From contig NIVC01001747.1 in NCBI GenBank assembly GCA_002269645.1, positions 264,386-328,385 on the forward strand: a stretch of DNA of 64,000 nucleotides. Direction: 5' to 3'. Of this stretch, positions 36,378 through 54,525 are shown in pieces; position 1 is the first letter of the stretch; each line of letters begins with the position of its first letter. The notes beneath the pieces are model-generated. The model worked only from the letters and a program-made list of their open reading frames with translations, had not been told where the DNA came from and searched no databases. Position numbers and translations under genes: made by a program. Source of the stretch: Macrostomum lignano. Its lineage: Eukaryota.

Positions 36378-39300
36378 CCCAGCTCAGCTTGGGGGCAGGG
36401 AGATGTGAATTGGCTGAAATTAAAAAAAATGCACGAATATTAGGGTGCATGAAAGTTTGACGCTTCAATCATCAACTGTGGCCTACTGTGGTTAATAAAA
36501 TGTTTTCTAAATACAATGCAATTAAAAGAAATAACCATCGTCACGGACTACATACTGTGCTCACAGAGTACATGTTGTGTTCACACAGTATATTCTTTGC
36601 TCACACAATCTATCCTATGTTCACATAATAAATTTTCGTGTTCACACAATCCATTCCATGTTTACACAATGCATTAGCTGTGTTCACACAATCCATCCCC
36701 TGTTCACACAATGCATTAGCTGTGTTCACACAATCCATCCCATGTTCACACAATGCATTAGCTTTGTTCACACAATCCATCCATGTTCACACAATGCATT
36801 AGCTGTGTTCACACAATCCATCCCATGTTCACACAATGCATCCTATGTTCACACACAATACATCCCGTGTTCACACAATGCATCCAATGTTCACACAATA
36901 CATCCCATGTTCACACAACGCATCCTATGTTCACACAATACATCCTATGTTCACACAATGCATCCAATGTTCACACAATACATCCTATGTTCACACAATG
37001 CATCCAATGTTCACACAATACATCCTATGTTCACACAATGCATCCAATGTTCACACAATACATCCCGTGTTCACACAATACATCCCGTGTTCACACAATA
37101 CATCCCATGTTCACACAATACATCCCGTGTTCACACAATCCATCCCATGTTCACACAATACATCCCGTGTTCACACAATCCATCTCATGTTCACACAATA
37201 CATCCCATGTTCACACAATGCATTCCATGTTCACATATAAGCTTCGCAAGTCCAGTTGACGTGAAAATAAAAATTTGGAAGGTTCCTCAATGGAAATCGG
37301 CAGTGGTGTCTGCTTTATACAGTGACTAATATAACCTGCTGGTGGGTTGAAAAACAGCGATAAAACCTTGCACTTTTAACGACGCCAACTAAGCCGGTCT
37401 TGATCTCTACTCGTAACTAGCTGCGCAGGTAGCTGAAAAAAGACCCCTGCCTGAGGTTCGGCCATGCGGTTATATTATTTTGCACTTGTCCGACTCATAA
37501 GTAGATGCCCAATTGTTATCTTTTCGCTGATAGCAACCTGCAGTAACACACCAGAAAAAGCTCCTGACTATAGTTTTGATTAGACTACATCAGATCAGAT
37601 TGGATTGGATTAGATTCAATTTGATTAGAGTAGATTAGATTAGATTTGATTTGATTAAATTAGATTAGATTAACTAAGACTAGATTTGATTTGATTGGGT
37701 TAGATTAGATTAAACAATTTTACATTAGATTACATTAGATTGGATTAGATCGGATTGGATTAGATCAAATTAGACTAGATTAGATTATATTAGTTTGGAT
37801 TAGTTTAAATTAGACTAGAATATATAGGATTATATTAGACTAGATTATAATAAATTAGATTGAATTAGATCAGATTAGATCGGATTTGATAGATTGGATT
37901 AGCTTAGATTAGATCAGATTAGATCAGATTAGATTGGGGCGAAATGTAGATCTATATTCACGATTTAAACAAAAAATTCTAAAACTTTAACCAGCAACTT
38001 TTAACCTGAAAATAACCTGCTTCGCTGTTACCCACTCAGAGTAAAAGATTATCATCGCTACAAGCGAGCTGCGCAGCGAGAAAGAGGCTGACTTCGCTAC
38101 ATTGGACCGGTAATAACTACTGCCTTATTACCGTAGACCTTAACCGGAATTTCTGCGCTATCAATTCCTACTGATTCCCACGCTGCATTCTCCCCCCCCC
38201 CAAAAAAAAAGTGATAAGCAACAGGTTAGAAGGCCGAGGTCAAGGTGTCCGGCATGTTGGCCGGAAACTGATGAAGCAAAAGAAAAGATATGAAGAAAAA
38301 TGGCAGCAGTTCCTGTGGATAGAGGATTGTATTGCTTTCTTCTCCGCATTGGGGTATCGCATCAGAAGGTATCGCCAGCATTCAATGCTAGTTTAGACTG
38401 CCAGTCAGTTAACTTCCCAGATTGCTAGAATCGAAATCCCCTTTTTAGTCTAAAGTTGAAATTATCCTTTAGATGTTTGCGTGGAACTGCGGCTCAAATA
38501 ACCAAATCGAACAGTACTAGATGACCTTCAACTGACCAAAATCAATCAGCACTAAATGACCAGCAACTGACCAAAATTAATCAGTACTAAATGACCAGCA
38601 ACTGACCAAAATCATTCAATACTAGATGACCAGCAACTGACCAAAATCAATCAATACTAGATGACCAGCAACTGACCAAAATCAATCAGCACTAAATGAC
38701 CAGCAACTGACCAAAATTAATCAGTACTAAATGACCAGCAACTGACCAAAATGATTAAATGCTAGATGACCAGCAACTGACCAAAATCAATCAATACTAG
38801 ATGACCAGCAACTGACCAAAATCAATCAATACTAGATGACCAGCAACTGACCAAAATCAATCAGCACTAAATGACCAGCAACTGACCAAAATTAATCAGT
38901 ACTAAATGACCAGCAACTGACCAAAATGATTCAATGCTAGATGACCAGCAACTGACCAAAATCAATCAATACTAGATGACCAGCAACTGACCAAAATCAA
39001 TCAGCACTAGATGACCAGCAACTGACCAACTTCAATCACTACTAGATGACCAGCAACTGACCAAAATCAATCAGTACTAAATGACCAGCAACTGACCAAA
39101 ATCAATCAGCACTAGATGACCAGCAACTGACCAACTTCAATCACTACTAGATGACCAGCAACTGACCAAAATCAATCAGCACTAGATGACCAGCAACTGA
39201 CCAAAATCAATCACTACTAGATGACCAGCAACTGACCAACTTCAATCAATACTAGATGACCAGCAACTGACCAAAATCAATCAATACTAGATGACCAGCA

Positions 39301-42300
39301 ACTGACCAACTTCAATCAATACTAGATGACCAGCAACTGACCAAAATCAATCAATACTAGATGACCAGCAACTGACCAACTTCAATCAATACTAGATGAC
39401 CAGCAACTGACCAAAATCAATCAGTACTAGATGACCAGCAACTGACCAACTTCAATCACTACTAGATGACCAGCAACTGACCAAAATCAATCAGCACTAG
39501 ATGACCAGCAACTGACCAACTTCAATCAATACTAGATGACCAGCAACTGACCAAAATCAATCAATACTAGATGACCAGCAACTGACCAACTTCAATCAAT
39601 ACTAAATGACCAGCAACTGACCACAATCAATCAATACTAGATGACCAGCAACTGACCAACTTCAATCAATACTAGATGACCAGCAACTGACCAACTTCAA
39701 TCACTACTAGATGACCAGCAACTGACCAAAATCAATCAATACTAGATGACCAGCAACTGACCAACTTCAATCACTACTAGATGACCAGCAACTGACCAAA
39801 ATCAATCAGTACTAGATGACCAGCAACTGACCAACTTCAATCACTACTAGATGACCAGCAACTGACCAAAATCAATCAGCACTAGATGACCAGCAACTGA
39901 CCAACTTCAATCACTACTAGATGACCAGCAACTGACCAACTTCAATCAATACTAGATGACCAGCAACTGACCAAAATCAATCAATACTAAATGACCAGCA
40001 ACTGACCAACTTCAATCAATACTAAATGACCAGCAACTGACCACAATCAATCAATACTAGATGACCAGCAACTGACAACAATCAATCAATACTAAATGAC
40101 CAGCAACTGACCACAATCAATCAATACTAGATGACCAGCAACTGACCAAAATCAATCAATACTAAATGACCAGCAACTGACCAACTTCAATCAATACTAA
40201 ATGACCAGCAACTGACCACAATCAATCAATACTAGATGACCAGCAACTGACCACAATCAATCAATACTAAATGACCAGCAACTGACCACAATCAATCAAT
40301 ACTAGATGACCAGCAACTGACCACAATCAATCAATACTAAATGACCAGCAACTGACCAACTTCAATCAATACTAAATGACCAGCAACTGACCACAATCAA
40401 TCAATACTAGATGACCAGCAACTGACCACAATCAATCAACACTAGATGACCAGCAACTGACCAAAATCAATCAATACTAGATGACCAGCAACTGACCAAA
40501 ATCAATCAATACTAGATGACCAGCAACTGACCAAAATCAATCAGCACTAAATGACCAGCAACTGACCAAAATTAATCAGTACTAAATGACCAGCAACTGA
40601 CCAAAATGATTCAATGCTAGATGACCAGCAACTGACCAAAATCAATCAATACTAGATGACCAGCAACTGACCAAAATCAATCAGCACTAGATGACCAGCA
40701 ACTGACCAACTTCAATCACTACTAGATGACCAGCAACTGACCAAAATCAATCAGTACTAAATGACCAGCAACTGACCAAAATCAATCAGCACTAGATGAC
40801 CAGCAACTGACCAACTTCAATCAATACTAAATGACCAGCAACTGACCACAATCAATCAATACTAGATGACCAGCAACTGACCAAAATCAATCAATACTAG
40901 ATGACCAGCAACTGACCACAATCAATCAATACTAGATGACCAGCAACTGACCAAAATCAATCAGCACTAGATGACCAGCAACTGACCAACTTCAATCACT
41001 ACTAGATGACCAGCAACTGACCACAATCAATCAATACTAGATGACCAGCAACTGACCACAATCAATCAATACTAGATGACCAGCAACTGACCACAATCAA
41101 TCAATACTAAATGACCAGCAACTGACCACAATCAATCAATACTAGATGACCAGCAACTGGCCAAAATCAATCAACACTAGATGACCAGCAACTGGCCAAA
41201 ATCAATCAGTACTAAATGACCAGCAACTGGCCAACTTTAATCAACACTAGATGACCAGCAACTGACCAAAATCAATCAACACTAGATGACCAGCAACTGA
41301 CCAAAATCAATCAACACTAGATGACCAGCAACTGGCCAAAATCAATCAACACTAGATGACCAGCAACTGACCAAAATCAATCAACACTAGATGACCAGCA
41401 ACTGACCAAAATCAATCAATACTAGATGACCAGCAACTGGCCAAAATCAATCAACACTAGATGACCAGCAACTGACCAAAATCAATCAACACTAGATGAC
41501 CAGCAACTGACCAAAATCAATCAATACTAGATGACCAGCAACTGGCCAAAATCAATCAGTACTAAATGACCAGCAACTGGCCAACTTTAATCAACACTAG
41601 ATGACCAGCAACTGACCAAAATCAATCAACACTAGATGACCAGCAACTGACCAAAATCAATCAACACTAGATGACCAGCAACTGACCAAAATCAATCAAC
41701 ACTAGATGAGCAGCAACTGACCAAAATCAATCAACACTAGATGACCAGCAACTGGCAAAACAATCAATTTTAATAACTTACCTTTAACTATATGCACTTG
41801 GCCTCTGGCTTATACAGTTCAATTAGTCCGAACAGATTAATGCAGATTAATGCCCTTCGGATGGGGAAATTGCTTACGGCTAGCTGGGCTGGGGCGGCAT
41901 CGCTCCTCCTGTTTATGAACCCATACTATAAGCTGGTGCAGCCTATGTGGGAAACGTTGGAAAAACCTCCCATAAGCTTAGCAAATCCAACCCCACCACC
42001 CCCCTACTATCTATCTTCTTACCGAATTCTGCTGCATCCTCTCCTGTTTGATTCGTAAAGCTATCCAGGCCTAGCAGTGGCATGTGTGTGTGCCCGCCTC
42101 TCGTCCCATCCCTCAGCCCCTCTCTGGCCAGCCAACTCCATATAGATAACCGTTTGTGTGCAACAAGGAGATTTAAAGTAACGGAATCTGGCTGTGGGAA
42201 CTCTGCGCGGCTTTAGCGAGGCTTTAGCGCCCAGGGGCTTTAGCGCCCAGGGGCGCCAGCACCAGGGGCTTTAGCGCCCAGGGGCGCCAGCACCTGGGGC

Positions 42301-43651
42301 GCCAGCACCAGGGGCGCCAGCACCAGGGGCGCCAGCACCAGGGGCGCCAGCACCAGGGGCGCCAGCACCAGGGGCGCCAGCACCAGGGGCGCCAGCACCA
42401 GGGGCGCCAGCACCAGGGGCGCCAGCACCAGGGGCGCCAGCACCAGGGGCGCCAGCACCAGGGGCGCCAGCACCAGGGGCGCCAGCACCAGGGGCGCCAG
42501 CACCAGGGGCGCCAGCACCAGGGCGCCAGCACCAGGGGCGCCAGCACCAGGGGCGCCAGCACCAGGGGCGCCAGCACCAGGGGCGCCAGCACCAGGGGCG
42601 CCAGCACCAGGGGCACCAGCACCAGGGGCGCCAGCACCAGGGGCGCCAGAACCCAAGCTGTTTCGGTTTGGTTCAGTTTGCTCTCAGGCTAAGCTAAGTA
42701 GGTCAGTTTCCACTATTTACTCTCCAATCTCTATATCTAGAACTTCTTGAATGTAGGAAAGCAACCTGCAGTTTCGGGAAAATTGTATAAAAATGCCAAA
42801 AAAGTCTGCCTGTCCGCCTCCACCCCGCCTCGTCAGCGCGCATGCGATGACGGAAAGAAACACCTAAGCGCGAGCGGATAGCGCGCAGAGATGAAATGCG
42901 CGCTCGAATTTGACTTTAACTGAGCCGGGCAAAGCAGTTTGATGGATGAACTGACAGTGAATCAAAAATGTAGCTCTTTAATCCCAAGCCTCTTGGGAAT
43001 CCAATGATGCCAAGTTCTAATTTGCAAAAACTCTACAGCAAAGAAACAAATAAAAATGATTTAAGTGAAGCAGTGAGAAAATTAACACTAACTTACCTGT
43101 TAAAATTATAATTTAATCAAGATTAATCTGAATGAAACAGCTTAGAAAAATAAGAGACACCCCTTCTCCGTCTGGTATAAGCGCGAGTCTGGACAAGCGA
43201 ACCTAAATAGTTTTGTACGGCAGAAACTGCGTTCTGTGTTTAAAGCTGTGCATGCCTTTTGATTTTGGAAACCTCGGTATTTCTGCGGGCCACGCACAGG
43301 GTGGGGGAGGGCTCAAAACGCAATTACTCACGAAGGCATGCATCGGCAGCTGCGGGAGACGGGAGGCTGCCGCGGGCAAGGGTCTCACAGTTTATTGTCT
43401 GCCTTGGACTGTCCATATTTCCTGCCGGCTCTGCAGGGCAAAAGAGAGCAGAAGAAAATGTAAAGAAATAGAAAACTAGAGTAGCACTACGGGTTGATCC
43501 AAGGTCGCTGAGCATGGCACAGTGCCGCAGTTGCGCCTGGTGACGCCAGGGGCGGCTGGAGGTGACTGACAAGTAGAAAAAACAGTTCTTGATTAGCGAG
43601 TCGGTGTTGCTTTGTTGAGCCGCGGCCGAAAAAGCTAGACAAGATAAGTGC

Positions 43652-44837
<1,186 letters not shown>

Positions 44838-45824
44838 AAGTAAACAAAAAATTAAAGACATTTTCCTTCCACTCTACTGAAAGTAGCACATAGCTTTTAA
44901 GTAGCGAATTAGAACTTAGCGAACGTTTCCGTATCCTGTAGCTACACCTGCCAAAAAAGTGCTTTTGCATTGGAGCCGGGCAAAAAACGATGTTTAGGGG
45001 GTGCAAATTTATGACTTAACCTGTGCCACTTGCTGGTGACAGTGCAATCCAAGCTGCCAGCAGAGACCACAGCCTGGTTCCTCTGTGACGTCCACTGAAG
45101 CCCCCACACTGACAAGTTTCAGGAAAGAGTCAGCCAAAACAGTGAAACAGCCCGGCAAGCAAGCAAAGATATTAGCGTTTTGCAAACATTGTCAACACTT
45201 GCTGATGGGGCAGACAAGAGAAGAAAATTCTGCTTTTAGTGGCCAACACACCATGGCTTCAGACTGGCTTCTCCTGCGCCAGGTCCGTTTTATAATGCAG
45301 CGATAATTATTTTAGCAGAGGCTTATAAGTCCGGGTTGGAATAAGAACTGGCTCTGGAAATATCCCATGACAAACTGGTTCCTAATCTATGGGAGCTGGA
45401 AATGGGAGAAAAATCCCAAATAAAAGAGACACGCGACTGCAGAACTGATCCAACAATAGATCTTTATTTAGTGGATTTCAATTCTAGACTAAGAAAAAAA
45501 GGTAGTCTCTTTTTATCAGAAAAGTCTAAAAAACATTCGCAAACATTTCGTAGGGGAAGTGGAGAACTTCTAGGACCCGGCAATTCTCCCCTGCACTCCC
45601 AGTCCCAGCTGCCACCAACCCCTTCCAGCTCCATCCCCGCATGCAGCTCCGCACAATAGACAACAGGAAATTAACCGTAATTCAATTTTCGATTCAAGTT
45701 TTTCAGCAGGTCCCATAACTCTCCACATGGACTGAGCCAAGGACACCTGGAAATAACCTCTGGAGTTTGTCAGCTCTTCCCAAAGCTGTCATTTTAAAGC
45801 AGAATAAACTGTCCTCTAGCCTTG

Positions 45825-47060
45825 GCATCTCAGCAACTCCCCATTGAGCTAATTGGCATCTCAGCAACTCCCCATTGAGCTAATTGGCATCTCAACAACT
45901 CCCCATTGAGCTAATTGGCATCTCAGCAACTCCCCATTGAGCTAATTGGCATCTCAGCAACTCCCCATTGAGCTAATTGGCATCTCAGCAACTCCCCATT
46001 GAGCTAATTGGCATCTCAACAACTCCCCATTGAGCTAATTGGCATCTCAGCAACTCCCAATTGAGCTAATTGGCATCTCAGCAACTCCCCATTGAGCTAA
46101 TTGGCATCTCAGCAACTCCCCATTGAGCTAATTGGCATCTCAGCAACTCCCCATTGAGCTAATTGGCATCTCAACAACTCCCCATTGAGCTAATTGGCAT
46201 CTCAGCAACTCCCAATTGAGCTAATTGGCATCTCAGCAACTCCCCATTGAGCTAATTGGCATCTCAGCAACTCCCCATTGAGCTAATTGGCATCTCAGCA
46301 ACTCCCCATTGAGCTAATTGGCATCTCAACAACTCCCCATTGAGCCAATTGGCATCTCAGCAACTCCCCATTGAACTAATTGGCTTCTCAGCAACTCCCA
46401 TTGAGCTAATTGGCATCTCAGCAACTCCCCATTGAGCTAATTGGCATCTCAGCAACTCCCCATTGAGCTAATTGGCATCTCAGCAACTCCCCATTGAGCT
46501 AATTGGCATCTCAGCAACTCCCCATTGAGCTAATTGGCATCTCAGCAACTCCCCATTGAGCCAATTGGCATCTCAGCAACTCCCCATTGAGCTAATTGGC
46601 ATCTCAGCAACTCCCCATTGAGCTAATTGGCATCTCAGCAACTCCCCATTGAGCTAATTGGCATCTCAGCAACTCCCCATTGAGCTAATTGGCATCTCAG
46701 CAACTCCCCATTGAGCTAATTGGCATCTCAGCAACTCCTCATGGAGCTAATTGGCATCTCAGCAACTCCTCATGGAGCTAATTGGCATCTCAGCAACTCT
46801 CCATTGAGCCAATTGGCATCTCAGCAACTCCCCATTGAACTAATTGGCATCTCAGCAACTCCCCATTGAGCTAATTGGCATCTCAGCAACTCCTCATGGA
46901 GCTAATTGGCATCTCAGCAACTCCCCATTGAGCCAATTGGCATCTCAGCAACTCCCCATTGAACTAATTGGCATCTCAGCAACTCCCCATTGAGCTAACT
47001 GGCATCTCAGCAACTCCTCATGGAGCTAATTGGCATCTCAGCAACTCCCCATTGAGCCTT
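45825..47060 (+). repeat. 31-bp minisatellite ATTGGCATCTCAGCAACTCCCCATTGAGCTA
   Basis: About 40 units. Confidence 0.98.
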
Positions 47061-47429
47061 AATAATGAGAGTTTGCTAAAATGTATAGGCAATCCAGACA
47101 ATCGCTCTTAAGTCTCCCTGGCCCGGGCCTCCAAGCCTGATAATAATCCCCAACGAGTCAAAGCCCCGGCCCTCATTGTGCCACAGTCTCCTCATTCTAT
47201 TTCCGGCCGGGCTCAGCCAGTGCCTCAGAGTTCATAAGGAAGCGCCGGAGCAAAACCATCTGGAGAAGAGCTCTTATGCTCTGGCTCCTCAGCTGGGACT
47301 TGGCTATGATTAGCTGGGTTGCCGGCTGCAAAAGGGATTAAGAATAACAACAGGAAACCATCGTTTAAGTGGATTTTCAAGAACATTAATATAACCTTCT
47401 CTGTTATTTTGTTACGCTAAATTGACACC

Positions 47430-48290
47430 TTGTCTGACACTAAATTTACTTAGGCCCACTCTGACACTAAAATTTAATGAGGCAATCTCTGACACTAAAT
47501 TTGATGACGGTTTCTCCGACACTAAATTTGATGACGGTTTTTCTGACACTAAACTTACTGACGATTTTCACTGACACTAAACTTACTGACGATTTTCACT
47601 GACACTAAACTTACTGACGATTTTCTCTGACACTAAACTTACTGACGATTTTCACTGACACTAAACTTACTGACGATTTTCTCTGACACTAAACTTACTG
47701 ACGATTTTCTTTGACACTAAACTTACTGACGATTTTCTCTGACACTAAACTTACTGACGATTTTCACTGACACTAAACTTACTGACGATTTTCACTGACA
47801 CTAAACTTACTGACGATTTTCTCTGACACTAAATTTTTTTGACACAATCTCTGACACTAAATTTGATGACGATTTCTCTGACACTAAATTTGATGACGAT
47901 TTTCTCTGACACTAAATTTGATGACGATTTTCTCTGACACTAAATTTGATGACGATTTCTCTGACACTAAATTTGATGACGATTTTCTCTGACACTAAAT
48001 TTGATGACGATTTTCTCTGACACTAAATTTGATGACGGTTTCTCTGACACTAAATTTACTGACGATTTTCTCTGACACTAAATATGATGACGGTTTTCTG
48101 ACACTAAATTTGATGACGGTTTCTCTGACACTAAATTTACTGACGATTTTCTCTGACACTACATTTTTTTGACACAATCTCTGACACTAAATTTGATGAC
48201 ACAATCTCTGACACTAAATTTGATGACACTATTTCTGACACTAAATTTGATGACACCATTTCTGACACTAAATTTACTGACGCCTTCTCT
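47430..48290 (+). repeat. ~28-bp minisatellite CTGACACTAAATTTGATGACGATTTTCT
   Basis: Direct reading. Confidence 0.95.
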
Positions 48291-48734
48291 GAAAGAAAGT
48301 TTGACAGAAATGGCTAAACTATGCAGACAATTATTATTTAATAATTTTATTGATTCGATTGGAAATTTTACCTCTATCAGCTCTATGCGCTTGGCATAAA
48401 ATCCCTACAAAAAGAGATAGAAAATCCTATTTGAGGTGTAAAGAATTAGTTTTATAAGCCAAGTCGGGGGCATTAGTATCAAGGAGTAGCTGAAATGCTG
48501 ACTCACATTTTTCTCTTTCAGTTCTGTAGAGAGGCCAGTTTTTCCGCAATTTGCAATTAGCCAAATTATTTTCTGACAAGAAATTGAGCCAAAAGTGATT
48601 TCCTTTCCTTTCATCATCTTTCTGAAAAGCTTTTCCGTCTTACCTGTTGAGCTGATTGGGAATAGCCGCGTCTTCTGCAATATATTTGACTATTTTAATA
48701 TTTTTGCTGCCCCATGTCATTTTGTTGCATTTCT

Positions 48735-49275
48735 AATCGTTGCTATGCGGTTTATTACCGCTGCTTTATGGTTTCTTACTGTTGCTATGCGGTTTCTTCC
48801 TGTTGCTATGCGGTTTCTTACCGCTGCTAAATGGTTTCTTACCGTTGTTCTATGGTTTCTTACTGTTGCTATGCGGTTTCTTATCGTTGCTATGCGGTTT
48901 CTTACTGTTGCTATGCGGTTTCTTACTGTTGCTATGCGGTTTCTTACTGTTGCTATGCGGTTTCTTACTGTTGCTATGCGGTTTCTTACTGTTGCTATGC
49001 GGTTTCTTACTGTTGCTATGCGGTTTCTTACCGTTGTTCTATGGTTTCTTACTGTTGCTATGCGGTTTCTTGCTGTTGCTATGCGGTTTCTTACTGTTGC
49101 TATGCGGTTTCTTACTGTTGCTATGCGGTTTCTTACTGTTGCTATGCGGTTTCTTACTGTTGCTATGCGGTTTCTTACTGTTGCTATGCGGTTTCTTACC
49201 GTTGCTATGCGGTTTCTTACCGTTGCTATACACAATTTCTAACCGTTGCTAGACTGTTTCTAACCGTTGCTATGC
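48735..49275 (+). repeat. 21-bp minisatellite TGCTATGCGGTTTCTTACTGT
   Basis: Source of the (TVAMRFL)n ORFs. Confidence 0.97.
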
Positions 49276-49739
49276 GCTTATATCTGCTACTATGTAGTAC
49301 TTAACCCCAACTATGAGTTCAAACCGTGACTATGCGGTTTTTTACCGTTGCAGCTTATAAACTCCAAAATCCTTCTTATCTAACGTGACTAGAATTAATT
49401 TCATTAAAAATTAATTGAGCATCTCGTTAACCTTTCTGCCTAGCCTTTGTGTCTTGTTAGCTTCGACTAGAACGAGAACCCCGGCAGAGGGAATTGAGAC
49501 TGCCGCGGGAGGAAAAAGGTGAACCTATTAACCAAAATCGATCTCACGGATGTGCTCACACTGGGAAAAATTCCTGGTTCGGGATAAGGATTAGAAGGCC
49601 ACCCCCGCACTTCAGAGCACCCCATTTGTCCCATCGGGCTCGAGCTCAACTCTCTACTGCCTACTCTGCTCAAATTTATTCTTAGTCCGACATTTCTTTA
49701 AAGCTGTTTTTCAAACATTGCGATACACTCCGAAGCCGC

Positions 49740-51445
<1,706 letters not shown>

Positions 51446-52782
51446 ATGAAGAGAGAGTCATTAAGGCACAGAGGAACAACTAAACAGAGATGGACAGAGG
51501 GCAAAGTGTTACATAAATTTGCGCTATAAACTCAAGCAGCCCTGCACTAAGGGGTCGCACGGTTTTAATCTAAAAAGTTTAATCTAGAAAGTCTCAGCAC
51601 AACAAGCCTCAAAGAAGATTAGGCTTCGAACACAGGGGATAAGGTGGTTCTAAGCGATGCATTTTACTTCATCAATAGGCAACCAGCAGCTTGCAGTACT
51701 GTGAGTTCTTTTATCCCTAGGGGAAATTCTTCCCTAGCTGCTCAGCAGGGAGGCGAAATGGCGAACTTCTCTGTTGCTATGCTCTCCGCCTTGGAGTTAT
51801 TTTTGCAATTTTCGACCGTCCATCCGACTGATAAAACTATGATTAAAGATATGAAGTATGGATCTCCTTGGTGTGCTCTATGAATACTAAATATTTATTA
51901 ATAATCTGACTAGGTCTGGGCAGGTTTGCACTCTATGGGGCTGCCAACCTACCCCAGTATCTACCCGTCAGTCTGCTCCGCTGTCTGCGAGAATCACAAT
52001 TTACTCAACTATCCACCACAACTATCCACCACAACTATCCACCACATCCACCAAACCACCTACCGAACTATCTACCAAACTACCTACCGAACTATCTACC
52101 AAACTATCTACCGATCTGTCTACCAAACTACCTACCGAGCTATCTACCGAGATATCTACCGAACTATCTACCAAACTACCTACCGAGCAATCTACCGAGA
52201 TATCTACCGAGCTATCTACCCAGCTGTCAACCAAGATATTTTCCGAGTTACTTGCATCCACCGGTAACCAGACGATAACCCCATGCTCTTCTCTCGTTAG
52301 TGACTAATTACCTCTTAGCTACCAGAAATTTCTCATCTGTCTCAGTACGCAGTAAAACAACAGCTAATCCAGCTTGGCCAATTACAAAGCACTCAGAGCA
52401 GCCATCAACAATTGTGAAAGACCTCATTCTGCCAGTATAGTTGCTATAGCGAATTTAGCAACCCGCCAATTTCCTATCGCTTGACAATTCACATCTGGCT
52501 AAAGCTGCCTCCTCTCTCTGCCTCTCCCCCCTCCACTGCTCCCTCCCTCTCTCCCCAGCAAATCCCGTCGGGCAGATGAAGCTGCATCAACCCCCCATAC
52601 TCCCTAGCCTCCCTTAACTGTGAGGAGAGGATGCGGGAAGCGACGCCAGTCGACAGAGACAGAAATTCGTGTCGTTGACGAGGGTACGGTAGCTGCAGAT
52701 TTAATTCTCTTTATTAGGATTTCTTTTAATAAAATAGTCATTTTTTCTGTACAAAAACATGGGACTCTAGCTGCCAACTGAG

Positions 52783-53064
52783 ATGGCAGACGCTGACAAC
52801 AGAGTTATCCTGAATGTCGGCGGCATCCGGCATGAGACCTACAAAGCGACGCTGAAAAAGATCCCAGCAACCAGGCTGTCGCGGCTGACCGAGGCTTTGG
52901 CTAACTACGATCCAATACTGAACGAATATTTTTTCGACCGACATCCCGGAGTGTTCGCCCAGATACTCAACTATTACCGCTCTGGGAAGCTGCACTACCC
53001 TACGGATGTCTGCGGCCCGCTGTTCGAAGAGGAACTCGAATTTTGGGGACTGGATAGCAACCAG
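52783..53064 (+). CDS. Shaw: Shaw/Kv3 voltage-gated K+ channel, first coding exon (T1 tetramerisation domain)
   Basis: [52 protein letters not shown]...[24 protein letters not shown] closely matches Drosophila Shaw as I recall it; acceptor CTCTAG| at 52770; donor CAG|GCGAGT. Confidence 0.96.
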
Positions 53065-53083
53065 GCGAGTTTTCTTTGGTTAG

Positions 53084-53612
53084 ACAATTTGGCGAATCTC
53101 ACTCCCTTGTTGGCGCATCTCACACCCAATATGGCGCCTCTCACGCCCAATTTGGCGCCTCTCACACTTAATTTGGCGCATCTCACACCCAATATGCCGC
53201 CTCTCACACCTAATTTGGCGCCTCTCACACCCAATATGGCGCCTCTCACACCCAATATGGCGCCTCTCACAACCAATATGGCGCCTCTCACTCCCAATAT
53301 GGCGCCTCTCACTCCCAATATGGCGCCTCTCACACCCAATATGGCGCCTCTCACACCCAATATGGCGCCTCTCACACCTAATTTGGCGCATCTCACACCC
53401 AATATGCCGCCTCTCACACCTAATTTGGCGCATCTCACACTCATATGGCGCCTCTCACAACTAATTTGGCGCCTCTCACACCCAATATGGCGCCTCTCAC
53501 TCCCAATATGGCGCCTCTCACTCCCAATATGGTGCCTCTCACACCCAATACGGCGCCTCTCACAACCAATATGGCGCCTCTCACACCCAATATGGCGCCT
53601 CTCACACCCAAT
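53084..53612 (+). repeat. 21-bp minisatellite ATGGCGCCTCTCACACCCAAT
   Basis: Starts about 20 nt into the Kv3 intron and falsely extends ORF 52783-53652. Confidence 0.95.
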
Positions 53613-53967
53613 TCAACGCCTCTCATGCCTCGAAAAAGCCGAAGCATGTTGAGGTTATGTTGTGTTGAGGCAAAAGTGAAGTCGGTGATTTAAAGAGGCA
53701 GCAGAAAGTGGCAAACTCAAAGTCGCACAGAAACTGAACACCCCCCATGTCTCGGTCAAGTTATAGAAAAGCCTCTTAATGACTTTAAGTCAAAGATTTT
53801 ACTGATGACAACTCGAAATGGCCCTAATGAGTTTTGCTTTATTTTAGCAGTGAAATCCTATGAATTTGATCTTGCACCAGCTTTCGTGTCTTTCATCTTG
53901 ATAAGAGACTCGAAAAAGATTGAGGTTAACGCTTCGCATAACTTTGACAAGACCTACTCGGGCTGCT

Positions 53968-54525
53968 TATAGATTAGCAATCCATTCTATAGATTAGCAA
54001 TCCATTCTATAGATTAGCAATCCAGTCTATAGATTAGCAATCCATTCTATAGATTAGCAATCCATTCTATAGATTAGCAATCCATTCTATAGATTAGCAA
54101 TCCATTCTATAGATTAGCAATCCATTCTATAGAATAGCAATCCATTCTATAGATTAGCAATCCATTCTATAGATTAGCAATCCAGTCTATAGATTAGCAA
54201 TCCAGTCTACAGATTAGCAATCCATTCTATAGATTAGCAATCCATTCTATAGATTAGCAATCCATTCTATAGATTAGCAATCCATTCTATAGATTAGCAA
54301 TCCAGTCTATAGATTAGCAATCCAGTCTATAGATTAGCAATCCATTCTATAGATTAGCAATCCATTCTATAGAATAGCAATCCAGTCTATAGATTAGCAA
54401 TCCATTCTATAGATTAGCAATCCATTCTATAGATTAGCAATCCATTGCATAGATTAGCAATCCAACCTTAAGATTAGCAATTCATTTGATAGATTAGCAA
54501 TCCATTGTATAGATTAGCAATCTAC
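53968..54525 (+). repeat. 20-bp minisatellite TATAGATTAGCAATCCATTC
   Basis: Direct reading. Confidence 0.97.

Noticed and set aside
45340-45600. Weak LINE-RT-like peptide (ISHDKL...LLGP)
   Set aside because: Too few conserved residues and no YADD motif; cannot be supported without a profile search.
53065-53652. C-terminal extension of Kv3 ORF 52783-53652
   Set aside because: Read-through into the intronic 21-bp minisatellite; the true continuation is at 63491.
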